Assembly: GCA_020725145.1 (NCBI GenBank) | Contig: DYFO01000003.1 | Span: 1,324-65,323, forward strand | Source: Symbiobacterium thermophilum | GTDB taxonomy: Bacteria > Bacillota > Sulfobacillia > UBA995 | Direction: 5' to 3' | Length of the DNA stretch: 64,000 bases | In this document: positions 49,390 through 61,979 of the stretch, in pieces | Numbering within the stretch: position 1 is the first letter of the stretch | Layout of the letters: each line of letters begins with the position of its first letter | The notes under the pieces: generated by a model | Databases searched by the model: none | Told to the model about the DNA's origin: nothing | Seen by the model: only the letters and a program-made list of their open reading frames with translations | Made by a program: the position numbers and the translations under genes

Positions 49390-51416
49390 TCAAGGATGAA
49401 ACGCCCGGAAGGTGATGCCTGCTTGCCGTTCGCGCTGAAGGCACCGTTTCCGCCGCGCGGCGACCAGCCCGAGGCCATCGAACAACTCGCCAGGGCGATA
49501 CAACAGGGCAAAGGCCACGTGGTGCTGCTGGGGGTGACCGGCAGCGGTAAGACCTTCACCGTTGCCAACCTCGTGGCCCGCCTGGGGCGCCCCACCCTGG
49601 TCATCTCCCACAACAAGACGCTGGCCGCCCAGCTGTGCGGGGAGTTCAAGGAGTTCTTCCCGGACAACGCGGTGGAGTATTTCGTCTCCTACTACGACTA
49701 CTACCAGCCGGAGGCCTACCTGCCGCAGACCGACACCTACATCGAGAAGGATGCCCTGATCAACGAGGAGATCGACAAGCTCCGCCACTCCGCCACGGCC
49801 GCCCTGCTGGAACGGCGTGACGTGCTGGTGGTCTCCAGCGTGTCGTGCATCTACGGCCTGGGCTCGCCCGCGGACTACCGCGGCCTGCTCGTCTCGCTGC
49901 GGGTCGGCCAGCAGCGCGACCGCGACGAGGTGCTGCGTGGTCTGGTGACCATCCAGTACCACCGCAACGACATGACGCTAACCCGGGGCAGCTTCCGGGT
50001 CCGCGGCGACGCGCTGGAGATCCTGCCCGCCGGTTCGGGAGAGCGGGCGGTGCGGGTGGAGTTCTTCGGCGACGAGATAGAGCGCATCGCCGAGATCGAC
50101 GTGCTCACCGGCGAGGTGCTGGCTTTCCGTGAGCACGTTGCCGTGTATCCGGCCAGCCACTACGTGACCGCCCAGGACAAGCTGCGGCGGGCGGCGGATG
50201 CCATCGAGGCGGAACTGGCCGAACGCCTGGCGTGGTTCCGGGAACGCGGTCGGCTGGTGGAGGCCCAGCGCCTGGAGTCCAGAACCCGCCACGACCTTGA
50301 GATGCTGAGGGAGACGGGATACTGCGCGGGCATCGAGAACTACTCGCGATACCTGACCGGACGCGCCCCGGGTGAGCCCCCCTACACCCTGCTGGACTTC
50401 TTCCCCGAGGATTTCCTGGTGGTGGTGGACGAGTCGCACCAGACCATCCCCCAGCTGCGGGCGATGTACCATGGCGACCGTTCGCGCAAGGATGCTTTGG
50501 TCGAGCACGGGTTCCGGCTGCCCTCGGCCTACGACAACCGGCCCTTGACCTTTGAGGAATTCGAGGCGCGGGTGGGCCAGGTGGTCTACGTGTCGGCCAC
50601 CCCCGGACCGTACGAGCTCGGCCGCGCGGAGGCGATCGTGGAACAGATCGTCCGTCCTACCGGCCTGGTCGACCCCGAGGTACTGGTCCGTCCCACCGCG
50701 GGTCAGATCGACGACCTGGTGGCCGAGCTCAGGCGCCGGGCGGAGGCCGGGGAACGCGCCCTGGTTACCACGCTGACCAAGAAACTGGCTGAGGATCTGA
50801 CCGACTACCTCAAGGACGTCGGTGTGCAAGCCCGCTACCTGCACTCCGAGATCGACACCCTCGAACGGATGGAAATCCTTCGCGATCTCCGCCTGGGCGT
50901 CTTCGACGTCCTGGTGGGCATCAACCTCCTGCGCGAAGGGCTGGACCTGCCCGAAGTGTCGCTGGTGGCCGTGCTGGATGCCGACCGCGAGGGTTACCTG
51001 CGGTCGGCCACCTCCCTGATCCAGACCATCGGGCGGGCGGCGCGCAACGTCAACGGCACGGTCATCATGTACGCCGACACCGTCACCGCATCCATGCGGG
51101 AGGCGCTGGAGGAGACCGAGCGCCGTCGCCGCATCCAGCAGGAGTACAACCGCCGCCACGGCATCACTCCCGAGACGGTGCGCAAGGCGGTGCGCGAGGT
51201 GATCCAGGCCAGCCGGACGGCCGCCCGCAAGCCCATACACCTCCCCGAGGATCTTGGCCGGCTGGACCGCCGCGAGATCCCCGCCCTCATCGAGCGCCTG
51301 CGCAAGGAGATGCGGGAGGCATCGCGGCGACTGGAGTTTGAGCAGGCGGCCGACCTGCGGGATCTTATCTTCGAGCTGGAAGCGCAGCTAAGACGGGTGG
51401 AAAGGAGTCCGGGAGC

Positions 51417-54262
<2,846 letters not shown>

Positions 54263-54266
<4 letters not shown>

Positions 54267-56101
54267 ACGCGGATCAGGTCACCCTGCGCGAGCAGGCGTC
54301 ACTGGCCCCCGAACGCCCGGGCGTGTACCTCTTCCGCGACCACGCCGGGCAGGTGCTGTACGTGGGGAAGGCCGCGTGCCTGCGCGACCGCGTGCGGAGC
54401 TACTTCCGGCAGGGACTTGCGGCCCGGACCCGCCTCATGCTGTCACGCGCCGCCACCCTCGAATACATCGCCACCCACTCCGAGCTCGAGGCCTTGATCC
54501 TGGAGAGCAACCTCATCAAGGAGCACCGGCCGGAGTTCAACATTCGGCTGCGTGACGACAAGCATTTCCCCTTCGTGCGGGTGGGGATGGCCGACGCGTG
54601 GCCAGCCGTCTCGGTGGTGCGTAGCACGCGTCCTGACGGTGCCCGGTACTTCGGACCGTACACCCGGGCCCAGGCGCTGGCGGAGACGCTGCGGGCGGCC
54701 AGGCGCATCTTCCCTTTTCGGACCTGCAGCGATCATCGGCTGGCCACCGCCCAGCGGCCCTGTCTGCATCACGACCTGGGGCGTTGTCAGGCCCCTTGCA
54801 CCGGACGTGTGTCGCGCGAGGAGTACTTGTCAACCCTCCGGGAGCTGTGCCTGTTCCTTGAAGGCCGGCAGCAACACCTGGCGCGCCGCCTGCGCGAGCG
54901 AATGCAGCGGGCGGCAGACAGTCTGGATTTCGAGAAAGCGGCCGAGCTGCGTGACCAGCTGCTGGCGGTGGAACAGGTGCTCAAGCGGCAGAAGATGCTG
55001 TCGCCTTCCCTGGGCGACCTCGATGCTCTGGGGATAGCCCTGACCGGTGATGAAGCCTGCGTGCAGGTTTTCCGGGTCCGCGAGGGCAAGCTGGTGGGCC
55101 GCGAGACCTATCCCCTGCGCCTTGCGGGCTCCCCGCGCGCCGAGGTGGTCTCGGCCTTCATCAAGCAGCACTACGGCACGGGAGGCGCCTACATCCCGCC
55201 GCTCATCCTGGTCCCGGAACTGCCGCCGCAAGGCGACCGGGAGCTCATCGAGCAGTGGCTCGAGGGCACCCGGGGCGGGCGGGTGCGGCTGGTGCGGCCC
55301 TTGCGCGGAGAGAAAAGGGGACTGGTCGAGCTGGCGGCGGGCAACGCTTCTTTGGCCCTGGAGGAAGCCCGGGCCGCCGGCGACCGCGAGCACGGACTGA
55401 CCGCCGGCGCGGTGGAAGAGCTCGGCCGGGTGCTCGGCCTCGAGCCCCTCCCCCGGCACATCGAGGCTTTCGACGTCTCGGGCTTCCACGGCCGCGAGAC
55501 CGTAGGCTCGATGGTGACCTTTGAGGACGGCCGACCCTGCAAGGAAGGATACCGCCGCTACCGCATCCGCGGCGCCTCCGGACGCGACGACTATCGCATG
55601 CTTCAGGAGATCCTCCACCGGCGCTACCGCAAGGCGGCCGTCCTGCCCGACCTCGTGGTGGTGGACGGGGGTAGAGGGCATCTGGTGGCGGCGCGCGAGG
55701 TGCTCGACCACCTGGGCCTGACCGCGCTGCCGGCCATCGCCCTGGCCAAGGAGCGGGAGGAGATCTACACGCTCGACCGCCCGGCGCCGATCGCGCTGGA
55801 AGACGCCTCGCCTGCCCTTCGCTTGCTTCGGCGGGTTCGCGACGAGGCCCACCGCTTCGCCGTGGGTTATCACCGCCGTCTCCGGAAGCGTCGCAGCCTG
55901 AAATCCTCTCTGGACGAGATTCCCGGCATCGGCCCCTCGCGGCGACGGGCGCTGCTTCGCCACTTCGGGTCACTTGCGGCACTGCGTCGGGCCACGGTCG
56001 AAGAGCTGGCGAGGGTTCCCGGGATCGGTCCCCGCCTCGCCGCCGAGCTTCAGCGTCACCTGCACGCCGACACGCGATCCCGAGCTCCCACCGAGGAGTG
56101 A
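54263..56101 (+). CDS. uvrC: excinuclease ABC subunit C
   Basis: GIY-YIG N-terminal domain ([18 protein letters not shown]), UVR domain, RNase H-like endonuclease domain, C-terminal HhH. Confidence 0.95.
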
Positions 56102-56601
56102 GTCACATGCGAGCGAGCTTTCCTAGCCCCTGCGGCCCGGTCGTCGTCGAGTACGAGGAAGCGGGACTGACAGGCCTTTCGCTGCCGGGGCAGGGCCACC
56201 CGGTCTTGACACCGCCCGGTCCTCCGCTCCCCTTCCTCGCCGTTTTGGCGCGCGAACTCGAGGCCTACTTCCGAAGCGAGCCGGTCCGCTTCACCGCGCC
56301 GCTATGCCTGCGGGGACTGACGCCGTTTCAGCTCCGAGTGCTGGCCGCTTGCCGCGAGATCCCCTACGGCGAAGTCCGAACCTACGGTTGGCTGGCCGCC
56401 AGGGTGGGCTCGCCGCGGGCCGCCCGCGCGGTGGGGCAGGTCATGGCGGCCAACCCGGTACCGCTGGTCATCCCCTGTCACCGCGTGGTCGCGGCCGGGG
56501 GCAAGCTCGGTGGCTTCGGCGGGGGGCTACCCCTCAAGGCGTGGTTGCTGGCCCACGAGGGAGTGAGCGGCTTCCTAGCAGGCCTTCCGGCTCGTCGCTG
56601 A
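56098..56601 (+). CDS. ogt: methylated-DNA--protein-cysteine methyltransferase
   Basis: Active-site PCHRVV motif. Confidence 0.9.
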   Translation: MSHMRASFPSPCGPVVVEYEEAGLTGLSLPGQGHPVLTPPGPPLPFLAVLARELEAYFRSEPVRFTAPLCLRGLTPFQLRVLAACREIPYGEVRTYGWLAARVGSPRAARAVGQVMAANPVPLVIPCHRVVAAGGKLGGFGGGLPLKAWLLAHEGVSGFLAGLPARR

Positions 56602-56641
56602 TAGTTCTTCAGCCCCGCCTTCATAATCTTCAAGGTTACCC

Positions 56642-56670
56642 TTGACAACGTCTAACCCCTCCCTTAAACT
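56642..56670 (+). promoter_or_regulatory. promoter A, for the DUF2089 gene and downstream cluster
   Basis: TTGACA, 17-nt spacer, TAAACT. Direct repeats CAAGGTTACCC at 56630 and CAAGGTGATCCC at 56671 flank it. Confidence 0.55.
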
Positions 56671-56734
56671 CAAGGTGATCCCTCAAAGAATTGAAGCCGA
56701 GACTCAAAGACATTGGGGAAGGAGGGGAGGACGT

Positions 56735-57133
56735 GTGGAACGCGGTTACCGCCGCTCGATGCTAGGCCGGTGCCCGGTCTGCGGTGAGGGCCTCGAGGTC
56801 ACGCGGCTGCACTGTCCCCAGTGCGACACGGGGGTGGACGGTCGCTTCCAGGTCTGCAAGTTCTGCCTCCTGGGCCGCGAGCAGAAGGATTTCATCGAGA
56901 CCTTCATCAAGGCCCGAGGCAACATCAAGGAAGTCGAACGTGAACTGGGCATCTCCTACCCCACGGTGCGAGGAAGGCTGGACGCGGTGATCGAGGCGCT
57001 CGGCTACCGCGTGGAGCGGTCGGCGGAGGCCGAGGACACGGGCAAGGACCGGCGGCGCAAGGAGATTCTGGACGCGCTGAACCGGGGGGAGATAAACTCG
57101 GAGCAGGCCATCAAGCTGCTCCGGCAGGCCTGA
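56735..57133 (+). CDS. DUF2089-type zinc-ribbon plus HTH putative transcriptional regulator
   Basis: C4 zinc ribbon (CPVCGEG ... CPQCD) then an HTH-like segment (NIKEVERELGISYPTVRGRL). GTG 56735 follows AGGAGGGGAGG. Confidence 0.65.
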   Translation: MERGYRRSMLGRCPVCGEGLEVTRLHCPQCDTGVDGRFQVCKFCLLGREQKDFIETFIKARGNIKEVERELGISYPTVRGRLDAVIEALGYRVERSAEAEDTGKDRRRKEILDALNRGEINSEQAIKLLRQA

Positions 57134-57136
57134 GGG

Positions 57137-58150
57137 GTGACTACCGTGAGCGAGGAACGTCTGCTGATACTCAGGATGCTGGAGGAAGGCAAGCTGACGC
57201 CTGAAGAGGCCGCCCGGCTGCTGGATGCGCTTGCGGACCGGCGGGACCGAGAGAGCTGTGACGAGCGGCACGACGCCTTCCGCGCGTGGGACGGGTTCGG
57301 CCAGCATATCGCCCGGCAGGTGGAGCACCTGGTAAGGCGGGTTGCCTCGTCATGCTGGGGAGAGCCTTTCACCTTCGAGGAAGTGGTTGAAGGGGATTTC
57401 CGACCCGGCCTTGACCCCAAAGTCCGGCTGATGACCGCGAACGGCGCCATACGGGTGACCCCCGGTGACGGCTCCGGCTACCGCGTGGTGATCCGCAAGG
57501 AGATCTACGCCGCCGATCGGGCACAGGCCGAGGAGCTCGCCCGACGCCAGGTGAAGGTCGTCTCCGAAGGTGATGCCCTGATCGTGGACGCCGGGCGCGC
57601 CCTCCGGAACACGCGTCAGACGGTGAACATCGAGGCTCGCATGCCGGCGGACATCCGCTATGCCGGAACCTTCCTGACCGCCAACGGCAGCATCGACGTG
57701 GAGGGCCTGAGCTTCGTGGTGCTGCGGGCGGCAACCGCCAACGGACGCGTGCACCTTGAGGAGGTCAAGGCCGACCGGGCGGTATGCCGGACGGCCAACG
57801 GCAGCATCGAGGTGCGAGCGACCATGGGGCAGCTGAAGGCGGGGACGGTGAACGGCGGCCTGCAAGTGTGCGTGCTGCCCCTTCGCGAGGGTTCGCAGGC
57901 CAGGGTGAGCACCGTCAACGGCCCCGTTCGCATGGTGCTGCCCGAGGGCGTTCGTTGCCACGTGGAGGCGGCGACGCGGGCCGGGCGCATCCGGGTGGAC
58001 GTCCCCGGTTTCCAGAGCACTTCCGAGACCGCAGGGCTGGTAGGGCACCGGCTGGAGGGCTTCGCGGGAGGGCCTGGACCTGCGGAGCTGGAGGTGCAGG
58101 CCAGGACCTTGAGCGGAAGCATTCGACTGGTACGGACCGCTGACCTCTGA
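57137..58150 (+). CDS. SHOCT-like N-terminal domain plus DUF4097 (adhesin-like beta-helix) protein
   Basis: N-terminal motif LLILRMLEEGKLTPEEAARLLDAL. C-terminal repetitive beta-strand region (TANGSI, TVNGG, TVNGP repeats). Confidence 0.65.
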   Translation: MTTVSEERLLILRMLEEGKLTPEEAARLLDALADRRDRESCDERHDAFRAWDGFGQHIARQVEHLVRRVASSCWGEPFTFEEVVEGDFRPGLDPKVRLMTANGAIRVTPGDGSGYRVVIRKEIYAADRAQAEELARRQVKVVSEGDALIVDAGRALRNTRQTVNIEARMPADIRYAGTFLTANGSIDVEGLSFVVLRAATANGRVHLEEVKADRAVCRTANGSIEVRATMGQLKAGTVNGGLQVCVLPLREGSQARVSTVNGPVRMVLPEGVRCHVEAATRAGRIRVDVPGFQSTSETAGLVGHRLEGFAGGPGPAELEVQARTLSGSIRLVRTADL

Positions 58151-58176
58151 AAGCAGATCACGGAGAGGAGTGGCCT

Positions 58177-58509
58177 TTGATGTGCGAGGTGCTCAGTCAG
58201 AACCTGGTGTTGACGATGTTCTTCGGCGTGCTGGGCCTTATCTTCGCGCTGGCCGTGCTCAACCTCATCAAGGTGGCCATCCTGGCCTCGCGGGGTCTTT
58301 ACAAGTGCAAGCCCCACAGGGTTGTCGCGGAGTGGCCCCTGCGCCATCACCACTCCCGGGTGCGGGACGGCCTTTTCTTGCTCGTGGTGGGCGGTGTGAT
58401 CGCCTACGGTATCTACGCCCATCTCGGCTTTTGGCTGACGGTCGCCCTCGTGCTCGCCGGCGTGGGCCTGGTCCGGATCCTCACCGGGCTAGGGGGAAGG
58501 TATTTCTGA
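58177..58509 (+). CDS. small membrane protein (three predicted TM helices)
   Basis: Hydrophobic 110-aa ORF sitting between the two DUF4097 genes. Confidence 0.5.
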   Translation: MMCEVLSQNLVLTMFFGVLGLIFALAVLNLIKVAILASRGLYKCKPHRVVAEWPLRHHHSRVRDGLFLLVVGGVIAYGIYAHLGFWLTVALVLAGVGLVRILTGLGGRYF

Positions 58510-58527
58510 GGCAGGGAGGCGACGGGC

Positions 58528-59706
58528 ATGCCCGGCATGGAGCACATAGGAGAGCATGACGAGTTCTACCCCGCCTGCCGTGACGTCCTCATCGACCAGC
58601 TGGGCGGGCGGGTCGAGGTGACCGGATGGCCGGAGCGCCGCATCCGGTTGGTCTCGAGGCTTCGCGGAACGCCCGGCCAGCTGCGCGCGATCACCTCGGT
58701 TCAGGGTGGCTGCCTGAAGGTCGCGGTGGACCGCGTCTACCGGACCTGCTGGCCGGCCAGCGCCCAGATCGATCTCGAGCTGTGGGTGCCGCGGGAGACC
58801 AACGTCACCGTCGACGCCGGGAGCGGCCCGGTCCGGGTACGGGGGATCCGCGGCCGTCTGCGGGTGGACGTCGGTAGCGGCGAGATCCTGGTGGAGGAGG
58901 CAGAGGGGAACTTCGAGCTGGAAACCGGCAGCGGCGACGTGACGCTGCGGGCGGTGAGCGGCCGGTCGCGGGTGGAGACGGGTTCCGGCGCCGTGGTCGT
59001 GGAGGGGTTCCGTGGCTCGCTCACCGGCGAGACTGGGAGCGGTGAGGTCAGCATCGCCCGCCTTCGCGGCGACCTTGAGCTGGAGACGGGCTCGGGGTCG
59101 GTCGTGATCCGCCAGCTTTCGGGAACGCGCGTTTCCGTGGAGACCTCCTCGGGCGATCTCCGGATACACGGCTTACCCCTCGAGGGAGCACGCTGGCAGC
59201 TTGAGACGGGCTCCGGCGATGTGGAACTGGCGCTGCCGGAAACGGCCGCCTGCGCGGTGGAAGTGGAGACGGGCAGCGGCCCCATCGAATGCCGTCTGCC
59301 GCTCGACCGGCGTGAGGCGGGCCGACGCAGGCTCATGGGGATCCTCAACCGGCCCGACGGCATGATCAGGGTGAGCACCGGGTCGGGTTCGGTTGCCCTC
59401 CTGCCGCTTGCCGGCGGCGAATTCGTTCCGCCTGAGGAGATCTCCGACTTCCCCGAGGCCTCGGATGACGCCTCGCTCAGCGTGCTGCGCATGGTGGAGG
59501 AGGGCAAGATCTCCCCGGCCGAGGCCGAGGCCTTGCTGGAGGCCCTGTCCGATGCGCCGCCGCCGGCCGAGGAGGCAACCGTGTCCGGTCCGCAAACTCC
59601 GGAGCAGGAGCCCCCGGTGGCGGAGCCTCCTGCCGCCGTCGAACCTGCCCCCGACGCCGACGCGACGCCAACGGGGGAGGAAGAGGAGGATCGGGACGGA
59701 GTCTAG
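58528..59706 (+). CDS. DUF4097 beta-helix repeat protein with a C-terminal SHOCT-like motif and acidic tail
   Basis: At least eight ETGSGxV repeats. C-terminal LSVLRMVEEGKISPAEAEALLEAL, then a Pro/Glu-rich tail. Confidence 0.65.
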   Translation: MPGMEHIGEHDEFYPACRDVLIDQLGGRVEVTGWPERRIRLVSRLRGTPGQLRAITSVQGGCLKVAVDRVYRTCWPASAQIDLELWVPRETNVTVDAGSGPVRVRGIRGRLRVDVGSGEILVEEAEGNFELETGSGDVTLRAVSGRSRVETGSGAVVVEGFRGSLTGETGSGEVSIARLRGDLELETGSGSVVIRQLSGTRVSVETSSGDLRIHGLPLEGARWQLETGSGDVELALPETAACAVEVETGSGPIECRLPLDRREAGRRRLMGILNRPDGMIRVSTGSGSVALLPLAGGEFVPPEEISDFPEASDDASLSVLRMVEEGKISPAEAEALLEALSDAPPPAEEATVSGPQTPEQEPPVAEPPAAVEPAPDADATPTGEEEEDRDGV

Positions 59707-59718
59707 CTCCCCCGGGAG

Positions 59719-60096
59719 GTGACGGACGTGAAGGACGACCGGCTGCAGGTGCTGAGGATGATCGAAAGCGGCAAGATCTCCGCCGAGGAAGGCCTGCGAC
59801 TCCTGGAAGCATGCGAGGGGGCCCAGGAGGTGACGCGGGGAAGTCGCCCCCGGTGGCTGCGGGTCAGGGTGTTTCACCCCTCGACCGGACGGACCAAGGC
59901 GAACGTCAACGTGCCGCTCAGCCTGCTGGAGACGGGCCTGCGCTTTATCCCCGGCGGCGTGCTTCGCCTGGGACCCGACCTGGGAGAGCTCGATCTCGAC
60001 GGGGTGCTGAGACTGGTGCGGAGCGGACAACTGGGCAAGGTACTGGAGTTGACTTCGGAGGAGGAAGACGTCAAAGTTGAGATCTACGTCGATTGA
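59719..60096 (+). CDS. small protein with an N-terminal SHOCT-like motif
   Basis: LQVLRMIESGKISAEEGLRLLEA followed by a roughly 90-aa domain. Alternative GTG start at 59728. Confidence 0.55.
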   Translation: MTDVKDDRLQVLRMIESGKISAEEGLRLLEACEGAQEVTRGSRPRWLRVRVFHPSTGRTKANVNVPLSLLETGLRFIPGGVLRLGPDLGELDLDGVLRLVRSGQLGKVLELTSEEEDVKVEIYVD

Positions 60097-61309
60097 GGCG
60101 CCGGCTCCCCGTCTCACGTTGGCCGCCAACCGGGCCTTCGGGCTCGTGTGGCTTTGCGTCACGCTGTTTCAGGTGGGATTGGCGGTGGCACAACTGGTGA
60201 TGATGTGGTGGGTATATGAGGCAACCGACTCCCCCACCATCATGGCCAGCATGACCGCCTTCTCCACCGTGGCGATGCTGATCGCCAGCCCGCCTGCCGG
60301 GGTATACGTGGATCGCCTCGACCGGCGGCGGCTGCTCGTGGCGGTCACTCTTTGCCTGGGCATTTTCCTGCTCATCCCTGCCGTGCTGCTCGCACTGGGG
60401 AGATTGCGGGTCTGGCACTGCTTCCCGGTGTCGATCGCCATGGCGGTGGCCAGCAGTTTCGCGCACCCGGCCGTCTCCGCCTCGCTACCCTCCATGGTTC
60501 CCCCCGAATCACTGGTCCGCGCCAACTCCGCGCTGCAGCTGACGTTCGGGCTGTCGGGCGTGGTGGGCCCGATGCTGGGGGGGCTGATGGTGGCGGCCGG
60601 CGGCGAGGCCGGGGCACTTTGCGTCACCGCCGCCATCCTCCTGGCGGCCGCGGGCTGCGTCGGCCTCGCCCGCTGGTCCAGCCCTTGCCTGGGAGGGAAG
60701 ACGGGGTCGTCGATGCTCCGCGAACTCGGGGTGGCCCTTCGCTTCATCCGGGACCAGGCAGCGTTGCTCTCCGCCGTGGTGCTGACCGCGGTCCTGAACT
60801 TCGCGGTGGCGCCGTTGAACGTGCTGATGCCGGTGATGGCCCGCGACGTGCTGGGGCTGGGTCCGGCAGGCTACGGCACCTTGGGCTCTGTATTCTCAGC
60901 CGGCATGCTGGGTGGGGTCGCCGCCTTGGGGGTCAAGGGAACGGTGCGGCGCAAGGGACGGCTGATCCTTTGGTCGGTCATCTGGGCCGGCGTCGCCACC
61001 TGTGCTTTCGGCCTGGGCCGCCGGTTCCTGTTCACGGCAGGAACGCTGGTGGCGCTCGGCGTGTTCATCGGCGTCACCAACGTGCTGTTTTCGGCCGCCC
61101 TCCAGACGCTGATCCCCGACGACCGCCGGGGAAAGGTATTGGGCGCTTTGGCCACCCTGAACCAGGCGCTGCGGCCGGTGGCGTTGATGCTGGTGGGGTT
61201 GCTGGCCGACCGCTTCGCCGCTCCCCAGGTGATCGTGGCGTCAGGGCTCATGCTGGGCTTAAGTGCGGCGGTGGCCTTAGTGTTCCCGGGCATACGCGAC
61301 GTGCCTTGA
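60077..61309 (+). CDS. MFS transporter
   Basis: Twelve predicted TM helices with MFS-like loop motifs. Start uncertain; TTG 60077 overlaps the previous gene and TTG 60119 is an alternative. Confidence 0.8.
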   Translation: MRSTSIEAPAPRLTLAANRAFGLVWLCVTLFQVGLAVAQLVMMWWVYEATDSPTIMASMTAFSTVAMLIASPPAGVYVDRLDRRRLLVAVTLCLGIFLLIPAVLLALGRLRVWHCFPVSIAMAVASSFAHPAVSASLPSMVPPESLVRANSALQLTFGLSGVVGPMLGGLMVAAGGEAGALCVTAAILLAAAGCVGLARWSSPCLGGKTGSSMLRELGVALRFIRDQAALLSAVVLTAVLNFAVAPLNVLMPVMARDVLGLGPAGYGTLGSVFSAGMLGGVAALGVKGTVRRKGRLILWSVIWAGVATCAFGLGRRFLFTAGTLVALGVFIGVTNVLFSAALQTLIPDDRRGKVLGALATLNQALRPVALMLVGLLADRFAAPQVIVASGLMLGLSAAVALVFPGIRDVP

Positions 61310-61393
61310 CGCGGTAGCGGCGTCACCTGCACGATCTTTGAGGTTGGTCCTGAACTTCATGAGGATCGACCTCAATTTTTTTGAAGGTACCCC

Positions 61394-61422
61394 TTGACTC
61401 TTCGGGAAACTCTCTATAGACT
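61394..61422 (+). promoter_or_regulatory. promoter B, near-twin of promoter A
   Basis: TTGACT, 17-nt spacer, TAGACT. Preceded by TGAAGGTACCCC at 61382 and TTTGAGGTTGGTCC at 61336. Confidence 0.5.
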
Positions 61423-61497
61423 TGAACTAGACCTTCACTATCTTAAAGATAGCCCTTCAGGATGTTGAGGGCACAGAGGAAAGGATGGTGAACGGCG

Positions 61498-61749
61498 GTG
61501 AGCACCGGAACCCTTCGGGTGGAGTATCAGGGGAGGCTGTCTGCCCACCTGCTCGACTACCTGGGAGAGGCCGCCCGGCTCGACCCGACGCTGAGAGTGG
61601 TCGGCACTCGCCCGCTCACCGTCCACAGTGCCGACGTCGACCAGGCCCTGCTGCGGATCCTCCCGTTCCTGGGAGACCCCGCCATGGGGGTGGGCGCGGT
61701 GACGATGCGGCGGGCCGGAACCACCCGGCCGGCCGGAAGGGAGGCTTGA
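61498..61749 (+). CDS. small hypothetical protein (83 aa) transcribed from promoter B
   Basis: GC3 about 86% in this frame versus about 55% in the overlapping ATG-61485 frame. No recognisable motif. Confidence 0.35.
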   Translation: MSTGTLRVEYQGRLSAHLLDYLGEAARLDPTLRVVGTRPLTVHSADVDQALLRILPFLGDPAMGVGAVTMRRAGTTRPAGREA

Positions 61750-61909
61750 CGATGGAACTCGGTCTTTTGATGCTCGAGATGCCCGGCGTCTGCATGCGCG
61801 AAAGCCGCAAGGAAGCGCGCGTTGCCCGGCGCCCGTCCGTTGATCGAAAGGTCCAAGGGACCGACCGCCGTCCGGGATGCGGCCCGGAAGAGCGGGTGAG
61901 CAAGTGATG

Positions 61910-61963
61910 GTCCTCTCCGACACGCCGGGTATCGGCCAGGCCGATACCCGGCGCGGAGGACCA
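61910..61963. terminator. long GC-rich hairpin between convergent transcription units
   Basis: GGTCCTC..GCCGGGTATCGG-cc-agg-CCGATACCCGGC..GGAGGACC with a 12-bp perfect inner stem. Lies just past the stop of the minus-strand gene ending at 61980. Confidence 0.5.
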
Positions 61964-61979
61964 AGACCCCTTCCTGCGT

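Noticed and set aside
48663-49667. 334-aa minus-strand ORF across the SBP-uvrB intergenic region and the uvrB 5' end
   Set aside because: Ser/Pro/Arg/Thr-rich with no hydrophobic core. Overlaps the uvrB start and the plus-strand ORF that has better codon statistics.
61485-61907. 140-aa ORF starting at an ATG with a good SD, just downstream of promoter B
   Set aside because: GC3 only about 55% in this frame versus about 86% in the overlapping 61498 frame. Product is Arg/Gly/Pro junk. The ATG-plus-SD is probably fortuitous or serves the other frame.
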